DNA of 64,000 bases from NCBI RefSeq assembly GCF_964355755.1, contig NC_092677.1:13042101-13106100 (forward strand), given 5' to 3'. The DNA comes from Antedon mediterranea. Lineage: Eukaryota; Animalia; Echinodermata. Of the stretch, positions 53,601 to 64,000 are shown one piece after another; positions within the stretch are counted from its first letter, which is position 1, and the number at the start of each line of letters is the position of its first letter. The position numbers were made by a program, and so were the translations under genes. The notes under the pieces are model-generated. The model did not search any database. It was given only the letters and a program-made list of their open reading frames with translations, and was not told the origin of the DNA.

Positions 53601-56600
53601 GGGTTAACGCCATACGTTTGGCACATATTAAGCTCGTAAACTCGTAGCTCGTAGTTTTCAGACAAAAATCGAAACGGTGGTGGACTTGCAGTCTAGCGTG
53701 TTTTATGTATAGAACAAGGACATATGTATTGTCCCCCTGAAAAATAATGTTTAATTTTTTTGTTGTTGAATATGCCATTTTAATGTCACATAATAGTTAT
53801 CTACTTTGAGCAAAAATTGGATATTTTCTCCTTTTTTTTTCTACGGTGAAGTGATTCTTTATTAAAAATAACATATTCAAAGTCTGATTTAATTAATCTT
53901 TATTTTTCATGTTTTTGGGGGACAATACATCTTTAAGCTAATATATAATATTAACATTTCATTCGAAATTGCCTTTATTGAAACACAATAATGACTAAAA
54001 CAGCCAGAATTAAAAAACAAACACTAAAAAAGAAAGTAACATTATTTAAAAATATTTGTATCACAGTATCATTTACGCATACGACCGTTTACTTCGAAAC
54101 GAAGAACCCCGTTGTTTGAGTTGTCAATACCAAAATGCAAATATTAATTTGTTATTAACTTGTTTGATAGCTTGTTAGATTGATGTGATTATTGACCAGA
54201 TTTAATTCAAAACAGGATGATATGTATATATACTGTATACACATGTTTATAGTACGGCTTCCATACAGAATGAGCTAAATATTCATAAATTACACCTTTA
54301 AAACTCGTTTGTGTCGTTCCATACGCGTGCGTATTATGTAAGCTCATTCTGTAAATAAGTAGTTACTTTAAATCCAGACATAATTGGCAGTTTCTCGCGA
54401 AATGCTACTAATTACTAGTGTATGTAAACAAATGAAAAGCTGATAATTACTTTGTCTGAATGCTGTGTCATAAATCTGCATGTACGAAAAGCAGCGCGAA
54501 CTTTAACATACCTACTGTCAACCCCGAATCGATTTTAATTTGTATTTAAATTTAATTATAGTAATAGTATAATTATTACACTATGAGAGAGATGTGATAG
54601 ACACTTCTATAAGATTCCATGCCTTACAAATTTCAATCATAAAATTTAATTAATGATGACAACAACGAATGCCTATCCGTCCTGGCTACACGATACTAAC
54701 ACCAATGTACACATACTACATTATTACAAAGATGACGACATTGCAACAACATGAACATGTAGTGTGGCTCCTTTCCAATCAGATTTTAGTAAGCATGAAT
54801 TGGATTATCTTAAACTAGTTTATTGGTAATGAGGTTTCCGATGTTAATGGTAATTGTTACTATACAATAATGATACCTGTTCCATTTCAATAATATCGTA
54901 TTTATTCGAATAAACTTTATAAACACTATAAATGGGAGGGGTATCATACCATGTCAGATTGATCAAACAGTAGCGTTTTAAAAGGTTGTCAGAAAGAAGA
55001 AAAAAAGAAAGAAAGAAATGACTGAAAACAGAATCCAGTCAACCGAAACTGATGATAATAATAATACATTTTACCATCTTGGAATAATATACAAAAGAAA
55101 AACTCTTGTATACCGATCAACTCCGGAAAAACGAATAACAAGCTATAAATGTACGACACATTCATCATTGTAAGCTTACTGTATATTCTTTTTCACTTTA
55201 ATCTTTCCATTTAGACATAATTTGTTATACATCCATTTTCCATATACATTTTATACACATATTTAATAACATGTTTTTATCTACGTATATACAGATGTTT
55301 ATAATTTCTCTTATACAAACATAATTAAAATGTTTGTTACTCTATATTGTGTTTGTACTGTTTTACATTGCTTTTATTATTATATTGATGATGTTGTCTA
55401 TACGCTGAACTAATTAGGAAACCAATCCTTTGACTGAAAGTGTCATTCAGGATAGATAAATAATAAATATACTAGAATGGTGAATGTATTAAAACCTGAC
55501 TACTGTATTGTTTCGTCATCCAAATAATTATCTCGTGTATCCTTTCTAATTATAGATTTCCCACGCAGTATATTCGACATTTAATGTAAATATTCTATCG
55601 ATCGTAAAGGCCAAAACAAATGGAAGAATTGTAACTTTCAGCGAAAATACCGAGTTCCCCCAATTTGTATTAACGGATTTTGGCAAAAACAGAAAGACAA
55701 TTAATACAGTAACTAGACAACGTCAGACTAGGCCAAAAGCTGGCGTACGATGTTGGTGCCTAGTATTGTATTGTAATTGTAATATGTGCTCTATAATAAT
55801 AATATAAACTTAACAGACTAACAAATACAAAATCCACTCAGTAACGAAATATTGGTTTTCATGTTTTATAAATAATAAAACTAAACACACTTTGTTGAAA
55901 TTGTCACTGTCATAGTCGATTGAAATAGTAAAGCACATAAATGTAACGATACACCACTACGACGTTCATATTTTTTATTTATTATTTATTGTAATTATTA
56001 ATTAATACAAACGTTGAGAAGCAGCTGTCAGTAGTAAAGTTTGTATGTATGTGTTTATATAGCTAACAGTACCCACACTCAAAGTAAGTAATTTGCGCTG
56101 CAAATGGTGATCAAAAATGGTTAATACACTACTTATAACTAACTTGCAATACTATATCTAAAGGTTTTAAGTTTATCCCCCAAGGGCCCATACATTTACC
56201 TACTTGTGTTTTACCAAATGATTATACTGAGAGACTGAGACTTGGAATGGTTCATTCATTGCCAAGCAATCCTTTTGTATAAACCTATTATTAAATCTAT
56301 CAAAATATTTTTTTTATAGAAAATCGGCTTGTCTTCAACATTATGATGCTGTACCGGTACTCAAGCTGTTTGACCGGTTTTCAGCTATTAAAAATAAATA
56401 TCGTAGAAGGAGATAGGTATATGCGAAGCATCTTCGTATTATTGCGTGCGGGTATTTTTCAAGATGGACATCCATTAGACAGTGTATACCACGATCGGAA
56501 AACACCCTATTTCGGGGAAATCGTTTTACATTATATATTACTTTCGTCATTTAATAATAAATGACATTTTCCATCCAGTTCGGTGTTTTGTTTGCTAGTA

Positions 56601-57510
56601 ATCAATATAATATTGAGGTATATTCGAATACGTTTTTCTAATGGACTGTTTCCGGAATTTTTGCGTTGCATTTCAGATAGGATTGACTTTGATCAATTAT
56701 ATTGATGTTGAATTACGCCTTGGGTGAGTGATACCATTAAAATTATAACGGTCTAGAGGCGGACACAAGATCGATGACCAATTGAACAGAAGAATGTGCC
56801 TCGGCCTTCATGGGTGTTGGTTTTAGTCGATAATTTAGTTAGAAGGCAAGAAAATTACTATACTTGCTTATATCTCCTAACGAATACACTAAAAGGAATT
56901 CATAAGAGCTATAGAGATTACTGTAAACATTTAAAAACTAACTTATATGTGACTATCAACTAAAATACATAATATTTTTTATTCTAAAAAAAAAATCAAT
57001 GTTTCTGAGCGTGATCTTCAAACCAGGCCGGCTGTGTTTGAAGAGAAGCACATGCTATAGCGCCGCCTATTAGATTGGAACATCATTCACAATGGCACTC
57101 TATATTGGAACTAAATACATATTTTCAGACCGATACGATACAAAAATTAACACACAAAAAAAGCACATCCCTTAGCTTTAAATCGTTTGTATTATTTTGA
57201 TTAGGTCATGGAAACAACGATCAAGTTGAAGAAAAAGTCACATCACCTGTCTTGCTGGGCCTAGGCCATGTTATTCCGTTGCTGACATTTTTTCAGGTGT
57301 TTTATAAAGCAAATAATATATGGCTTTTAATGTTAAAAGGGGAGAATATTTTCATTCGCTGAAAGCCTACCTATTCAATCAAATTCAGCTTCCCATTTAA
57401 ATATTTTACCCAATTAATTCAACAAAATTCTTATTAGAATATATTACAAATGGTTATATGATACTATACAACTATAATCCCAGCCCGTCAACTGTAATAT
57501 GCAGCTGCCG

Positions 57511-57546
<36 letters not shown>

Positions 57547-60500
57547 ATAATCCCTTGATGAATCTTTGAATATTTCAACAGTTAGTTTACATAGTTAATC
57601 CTTTGAATGGCAATTTGTAAACTTTGAATAAATTATGGAAAACTGACTAGTAACAAACATTTAACGGTTTTAACAAACATATTTAAGAACATTTTTCTAA
57701 AATAACAAGGTATAGAGAGACGTATGACTTCAACTAATAATATTAAAGTATTATTTAATTGGTAGAACTATAATCTATAATGTGTTATAACATCATTTTT
57801 CACATTTTAAATGTAGGCGTAATATTATCATCTCTCACACAAAACCTTAAAGTGAACATTGAGATATATTCTATCGTCTTTGCAAAAAAAATTAACTCCC
57901 GAGACTGCAATTCAATGGTCATATATTATTATTTATATAATGGTACAAACGTTGAGTACAAACTATACTGCAACAAATTCTTTTAGTGTCCAAAACTATA
58001 AACAGGTTTGATGGATTGACTGTAATGAACACTTAAATGGCAAAAGTTCCATTTGTCAGGTTATGCTCTTTCGACATCTCTACAATGAGAACAGTTTGGT
58101 TCTTAATTTAATAATATATTTTTCGGGTCGTTTAAACAAAGATATATTTCATTGAAAGATAATAATTGTGTTATGCAGTACAGGCATATAAGATATATAT
58201 TTTACTATATTTAACTTGCCAACGATACTTATGTACCTTTGTTTTTTTGTTTTTTTTCTTCATCATCACCCAACAGTGACCAAACGTCACCATTAACAGG
58301 GTTGAAGGTCATAAAATATAATATAATAGATACAAGCAAAAATCAACAGATAACAAGACAAAATTTAGATATTACTGACATTAGACAAAACCTTGTGACG
58401 GAAACAAGCAAGAGACGTAATATGGTTTTGCCGATACCGTTACCGATAACCTGGAATTTACTTTACTACCGGTACCACGTAGAAATGAATAACTACTTAG
58501 CTCAGTGTTTATCTAAATTTTATACCATTTTGGAAGGAGTTTTATTGATTATTGATGTTCGATATTCATCATAAATCTCCATCAATCGATTTCGTCTTTG
58601 AACGCTGTTATATTAAAAGTGAAAATCAATCAAATGCATCGAAAAACGATTGATGATTCTTCGTTTGATAATTTCTAATATTTCTTCTTTATTACAAAAT
58701 TGTTTTAATAGTTGACGTAAAAAACGACCATGGAAAATACTAATGGCGATAGCTATACATTTTGCTAGCTAGATTTATTAGAAGTGCTATAGCGCATTTA
58801 TCTTGGCTTTCTTGATTATTGTCGAATTTCGATCGACTTTATGTCAGTATAGCACCCGATTCGCAGTGCTGTTTCTGTATTACAACATCTCATGTGTATT
58901 CATGGACGTACATCATGGGGTGGTTAGATACTATACAGGATTTAGGCCTACATGTGAAATACATGTGATGCTGTATCACAGAGTTTGCCTATGATATTGA
59001 ATATATTAAAAAATCATGAGTACCAAGAATAGGCGATTAAAAACATTTTCTTTTGTATAATATTGTGATGTTATAATAAAGTAAAAAAAAACCGTCGTGA
59101 ATATACACTATAAACATACGGTATGCAACCTTTCCAGCTCTCCATGAGAAGTCGTAACAGGTTTATTCATACCATAACAATAATACGTGTTAAAAGCATA
59201 CATTTGCAATTCATCATCAAATTATGTTAATGATGGTAAATGCTTATTGGATCATAAACAGCAGATACGCTTTTAAAATTATGTAGCAAAATAACGTAGG
59301 GCGAACAAATAATGGCTTTTAAATTTTAAAGCACGTTGTTAGAAACAAGTAGTGATCACACTCACTCATATTATGATGATTATTGTAGGCAATTAAGAAT
59401 GCCGGTTGATTGTGTAAAATAACAGTAAGTCTTTAATTCAGTACAGTTCGAATGAGATGCGTGCAAAGAGAATTATTATAAGCATCCTTAATTGCAATTA
59501 TGATTAGGTAGACGATGTGCTCTGATGATTACGTACGCGTTAAAATCACCATTGTTGTTGTATCGTACTTAACAACAATATTATGCTTCACTCATAAAAT
59601 ATATATGCATATATAATGTGGTGTTGGTGTGTGCGAGTATACACACATATCCTGTTTTTATAGTATATGCTTTCATACTTTTGCTATAATATATAGGCCT
59701 AAAGAAAGAATTCACATGTACTGGAAGTAATAAACTGAATATCTTCTTTTTAAGAAAAATAAATATATAAATAATCATGTTAGAAAAATACTATCGCTTT
59801 TTGATGATGAATAACTCTAAATGTATATAGGAAATGTTTTTTATATTTTATATAGGCGACGCACATGTAGTATTTGATTAAAATTTGTGTCATGTTACAT
59901 TTATTATGTTAAGCTGCCATAAGGCGCTGTACACTAAGGGCGTATTTTCAAACTATGGTGCTTACCAAAATCTGTATTTCAGCGTTATATTAACAGTGTG
60001 TCTTCATTGCCGACGAGACAGCCACTCCTAAGTATTGTTTTTAGACATAGGCCTATGGGTTTAAACGCAACATTGTTATCACGCTACACACATCATTCTA
60101 ATAGCAATATTAATACTTGGCAATAATTTGGATGCTTGAGTTTTAATATTTATTTTCAGTATGAAAGTATCAATACAATTGTTGAACTTCTCAACAATCG
60201 GCAAATCGTTATAACAAATTACCTTAGCCACTGGATTGGACTTTGTAATTAGATTAATAATAATCAACGGAGCAGTGCTACGTTCAATATTAATAATGAT
60301 ACAAATTCGTAGCTTGTAAATTGCATTTCCATTCATCACAATATGGGCATAAGTTTACTAGATTAGATAGTATGTGCTCCGTACACGTACAGTGGGCGTA
60401 CAAAAACGCTATGGATATTAAAGTTACATCAACGGGCATCGCCATATTTCCAGTGAATGTGCTGTTTCTATGTACGCACATAGTATTATAAATACGCATA

Positions 60501-63500
60501 AATGCAGTCTAATAATATACAATTATTTCCTCATACTGTTCATCTCTTAATTTTCATTATTTTATATTATTATGAATATCGTATCCATGGTTTATATTCA
60601 ATGATATTTGATATTTAAAAAAAACCAGAAATGTATATGTGGCGTAATATTGTATACGTAATAGTATATACATACAAGATTTTAATTATTTAAACAACTG
60701 TGGTTACTACATTTCATTTAACATTCTATTCCCATTTGATTAGAATTAAATAATGCAACTGCTTTGCTGAACAAAATACGTGATTATTAATGCTTTAGAT
60801 GATTCGCATATTCTAATGTTTTTGCTGTTTATGCGTACGATATTGATGGTACGATGTCACGAATATGAAAGAGTTAATCAACCTTGGAAATTGATTACTG
60901 ATTATCAATAATGAATATTTACGACCTTAATGAATATTTATAAGAACAGTAATTAATGCTCCTATAATCGTGTTAACGATATATATCCACGTGAAAGTAA
61001 TACATGCAATTATAAAAACCAATTATGAAAATTACTTTTTTGTTTTAGTACATGATAATAGAGAACATCCATTTAGGCGTATTGATCTCTGTTTTATTTT
61101 GTTCGCTATATCAATCTGTTATCTAGTCTCGTTAAACATATGATTTTATTGCCTAATACAGTGACAGGTCATTTTTAAAAAGTATTGATCATTTTAGGCT
61201 TGAAGAGAATTTCTATTATTTTTTAAAATAAAATGCAATCAAGTGTAACTTTAATGTAGTTTGACAACGTTTTTATTATCTTGAGAAATAAATTCACATT
61301 ATACTGTTGAATATCCAGTCAAGAATAGCAGGCCTTAGGCCTAAATCAATTTTATTTATCATAAAACATGAGAAGCTTTGTTGAAAAGTGTGGAGTTAAA
61401 AAAAGATATCAAGCTTAACTTAAAATGGTTTATGATACTATACTATAATCCGTTTATTTAGTATCAAATGTATCACTTTATCAATAATAAACAATTTGTT
61501 GGTGTAATTTTTATTGATATTTATATTATGCTGTTAAATCTAACAGGTTAAATTCATTAAAACTTCAATCATAACAATGGTCTGCTACCAAGTATACTGT
61601 GCATACACCGATTTTATACTGCTTGTCTGCCTATTTATTATATGTACTAACGGATCCCAATATAACAAAATGACGTAATCATTCCTAGAATTCAATCATG
61701 CTGAACGAAGATTTACTAGCGCCATCACATTTCAGTATGATTATAATAACATGTCTTAATAATTATTAATATAATAAATAGTGAAAATATTAGATATGAA
61801 TTGTTTCTTTAAAATATCAATGTATTTTGAAAACCGTAATATTGTTATTATTGTTCACAACTAACATTATTTTCATGCAAACTAGCATTTAAAATTAGCA
61901 ATGTATATGCATGTACTTACACAATGTAAATTACTATTGATCAGTGCTCTCTATGTGCAATTACACGATACAACGTGCTGTAAATATTGGAATGCGCACA
62001 CCTTCACAATAGTGCTCATCGAACCTGAATTAAAATATCTGATTCTTAAATTTGGAAGGAAGAATACCACTTTGCCACAAGAGGTTCAATTAGTATCGAC
62101 GTACTGTACCATACTATACTGGTTTCTAAACCTTGATTGACATATGTAATATGGCACATGCATTTTAACCAACATACCACACAAATGTTAAAATTTATTT
62201 ATTTGTCTAACAATAGAAAAACACATAATGTAAATAAATACGGTTTCAGCTATCATTTTCTTTTTTTTTGTTTTATGTAGGACCGACCCAATTTTATTTC
62301 TCCATCAATAAAATGTTCATTTACAATGCATTGCACTTGAGTAATGTAATGATACAATACAATACAATATAACTGACATTAAATAACTATCAGTACATCT
62401 TGTATCTCACTCCCACGTTATTCAAGATTTTTTGACGTAATAACGTAACCAAAATTCTGGAAAATCCTGAGAAAGATAATTATGAGCAAGCACATACTGA
62501 CATTGGACAGAAAATCGGGCTCAAATATGAAGGAGATGCGCTCTGTTGAATGTGATAACATACAAAAAAAGAAAAAAAATCCTGATTTTAAAAATTCTAG
62601 CGGCCATTTGATGACGTCAACAAATCCGGTTACTATAGGCCTAGAAACTAATTACTAAATTTGCTATTCTTTTTTTTTTCAAGCAAAACACGGCCGGCCA
62701 CGCTGCACTATGCTTTAGGATAAAACAAACTAGATGCAAGTTTTACATTGTAAGTTTTGTGAAAATGTATGCAATCGATATAACAATGTTTACAGTCCAA
62801 TTAAGGACTATGGAAAATGAACTAAACTAACGACTGGACATCAAGGTAAAATGAAAACAACGGAGTGGCTGCAGTAAAGACCAGCTCAACGAAACTTGAA
62901 CGTACTAATGAGCTTTTGCATCGTGACGGTAGACAAAAGGAACGGTAGATATAAAATTATACGGTAATTGAATTTATCGATTTTAACGTTCGATCCAATG
63001 ACGTATTTATGACGTAATTTTGAAAAATACAATACAATAAAATAACAGTACCAATAAAAAATGGTTGTTAAAATTTTCGTTGTAAAATTAACTAGACATC
63101 ATATTTTATGCATATTATATAGTATGTGTAGATTGTGAATTCTTCTTCTTCTATAGATGCATTACAAAAATAATCATCCTTTTACGGCTCTTTTACGTTT
63201 TAATTAGATGTTTATTTAATCCGTTAAACTTCGCTAACCTAAGACCTAGTCTGGCTAACACAGAAACCTTTCAAACACGCGCCCACCAAGCCCACGTGTA
63301 CAGGGTTTGTCAGAGGGAGGGGATGACTTCACGAAATAATCGCCACGCTCTGTTAATTACCGTCCCCTTCATTACCTTCCAGGTGCGAAAGCTCTCTAAT
63401 AGTAATATAGTTTTGTTTGGTTTAATGCTTTCATTTTACAACCAAAGTATATTAGTACACCGAACCAAGATAAAAAACGTTTTTAGATTCTTACCTCACC

Positions 63501-63568
63501 CGTTTGGCTTTTCGAAAGAAAGTCTCGGAGAAAAAGTTCAATTTCATTACCTTCTATGTAACCACTCT
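35646..63568 (-). CDS. Calbindin-32/calretinin/secretagogin-family hexa-EF-hand protein (5' exon outside the window)
   Basis: Exons (minus) 63568-63495 (SGYIEGNEIELFLRDF), 46969-46877 (YDTNADNKIEMSE), 45583-45497 (LAELLRPEENFLLLFR), 44169-44113 (WRKYDTDKSGCIESQEL), 43851-43774, 43141-43086 (YDKDNDGKLQFREM), 41031-40992 (LLPVKQNFL), 38396-38340, 37286-37212 (DGNGMIEGDELKGFLKDL), 35759-35646 (DVNHDGKIQKDEL). All are GT-AG and phase-compatible. Confidence 0.94.
36095..36530 (+). mobile_element. Penelope-type repeat fragments
   Basis: CTGATGAAGGGCTAGT, GCTGTTCCGTCGTACCACGCCGAGAATGTTAAAGAGTCGCTA and CACTTGCACTG...CCACAGCATT are shared with 52080-52630. Confidence 0.55.
37335..38230. repeat. Degenerate ~70-75-bp tandem repeat interrupted by a hAT MITE
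   Basis: Recurring GTAGTCTGCCCTCTATAGTATAATCATGAA...CCTACTCTGTG...TATGCCAGAACCG. Confidence 0.75.
37470..37874. mobile_element. hAT-type MITE
   Basis: CAGAGCCATATATAATTATAAAGAGTTA.../...TAACTCTTTATAATTATATATGGCTCTG TIRs with a perfect 8-bp TSD CCAGAACA (37462-37469, 37875-37882). Confidence 0.9.
39246..39269 (-). CDS. Candidate 24-nt microexon (GPLMPNKD) of the calbindin-like gene
   Basis: ctgcactctatctatcag|GGACCTCTTATGCCGAACAAAGAC|gtgagt; symmetric phase 0 inside a phase-0 intron. Confidence 0.65.
39791..39808 (-). CDS. Candidate 18-nt microexon (RKCDKT) of the calbindin-like gene
   Basis: tctcctttttgtag|AGAAAATGTGATAAAACG|gtaagt; strong splice sites, phase 0. Confidence 0.68.
41256..41436. 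mobile_element. Harbinger-like MITE
   Basis: GCTTGGTTCCCACT...AAGGACGTAACGCAACG / CGTTGCGTTTACGTCCTT...AGTGGGAACCAAGC inverted ends. Confidence 0.8.
42048..42439. mobile_element. Fold-back element with internal 21-bp tandem repeats
   Basis: TACGGAAGCCC...GGGCTTCCGTA ends; arms built of CACTTAATTATCTGGCGGCCG units; ATTTTG repeated on both flanks. It lies inside an older TIR pair at ~41770-41810 and ~42490-42530. Confidence 0.85.
44890..45078. mobile_element. Helentron/HINE (DINE-like) short element
   Basis: Starts AACAAG, contains a CGAC microsatellite, and ends in the hairpin AGTCGCGTTGCACGCGACT followed by an A run. Confidence 0.6.
46996..49559. mobile_element. Non-autonomous Kolobok-type DNA transposon
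   Basis: TTAA|AGATATATTGTCCCCC ... GGGGGACAATACAACT|TTAA: TTAA TSD and AG-initiated TIRs. It contains an internal fold-back at ~48635-48860. Confidence 0.75.
50065..50993 (+). mobile_element. 5'-truncated L2/CR1-clade LINE relic
   Basis: WLESNKLSLNVKKTEYMILG, KHLGVIIDENL and HFDYCNVVWG...KLQVLQNRAAKIIT, ending AATAAAG(TTA)n. Confidence 0.88.
51236..51720 (-). mobile_element. CR1-like LINE 3' fragment
   Basis: Minus strand FFHSIAIRLPRVWDQLP-like C-terminal RT motif, then AATAAAT and a (GAAAT)n tail. Confidence 0.6.
52080..52630. mobile_element. Penelope-type repeat in inverted arrangement with hammerhead motifs
   Basis: The plus-strand copy at 52080-52235 and the minus-strand copy at 52490-52630 are inverted homologues. 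The minus copy reads CACTTGCACCAATGAAGGGCTAGTGTTGCCCGAAAGCTCTGCTAA. Confidence 0.6.
53722..53936. mobile_element. Short Kolobok-family MITE related to 46996-49559
   Basis: ATGTATTGTCCCCCTGAAAA ... TTTGGGGGACAATACATCTTTAA. Confidence 0.75.
55713..56525 (-). mobile_element. Diverged Helitron-related copy sharing an internal segment with 24508-27064
   Basis: 55831-56525 aligns by eye with 26105-26880. The left end A|CTAG is compatible with a minus-strand Helitron 3' end. Confidence 0.65.
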
Positions 63569-63780
63569 CTGAATTACAAAAAAAAAAAAAAACAACAAAG
63601 CATTATAATTTATTCCGTATTTGTTTACGTTTTAGCGTTATGGTATGTGAAGAAGGCTATTCAATCAGTGTGCTTTTTTTTCATTATTGATTGTTATTTA
63701 ATTTAAAAGTTATCATTTATCTTTTCTTGATTACAACGAGAACATGCGGTACAGGGTACAACGGTAAAAAATTCTAATCA

Positions 63781-63912
63781 GTACTCTGTCTACACTATCA
63801 AATTTGATGGTCTATATGGTGTGCCCATATAGACATGATGATGTCACACACTACCTTATTTGGGCACATCACACTTCTTTTGTCAAACTAGTTAGATGGT
63901 TTAGACAGAGCA
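63781..63912. mobile_element. PIF/Harbinger-type MITE, family copy 4
   Basis: CTCTGTCTACACTATCAAA...TTTGGGCACATCACAC...TAGACAGAGC. Confidence 0.8.
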
Positions 63913-64000
63913 TAAGATTATAGTTTTGCATTTTTTGCTTGTCTTGCTTTCTAAACGCGATAATCTAAACGTAGTTTTTTTTACGAGAACGCGTTAGAAG

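Noticed and set aside
58238-58312. Alternative first exon of the calbindin gene (MTFNPVNGDVWSLLGDDEE...)
   Set aside because: Its donor is phase 1 in that frame while the next exon needs phase 0, and the sequence is low-complexity.
56600-63400. Short ORFs in the large calbindin intron as nested genes
   Set aside because: AT-rich, compositionally biased ORFs with no recognisable motifs or consistent exon chain.

Overview
AT-rich, intron-rich eukaryotic DNA from an invertebrate metazoan. A deuterostome such as an echinoderm is likely, but that is inferred only from gene and repeat content. I reconstructed four spliced genes by hand from GT-AG boundaries and reading phase: NDUFS3 (+, 6 exons, 54-2349); an atypical Rab-like GTPase (-, 2 exons, 7387-6442); an ST3GAL3-like alpha-2,3-sialyltransferase (+, 9 coding exons, 16308-22429); and a calbindin-32/calretinin/secretagogin-family hexa-EF-hand gene (-, 63568-35646, first exon beyond the window). 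The rest is repeat-rich: a four-level transposon nest (MULE > Gypsy > MULE-MITE > palindromic MITE), a higher-order satellite made of palindromic modules and split by a clean Helitron insertion, Kolobok/hAT/Harbinger MITEs, SINE and LINE relics, and Penelope-type fragments with hammerhead-ribozyme motifs. The most notable candidates are the splicing architecture of the calbindin gene (two in-frame microexons between EF4 and EF5, and an alternative last exon that swaps EF-hand 6) and a Rab with WDTADME in place of WDTAGQE.
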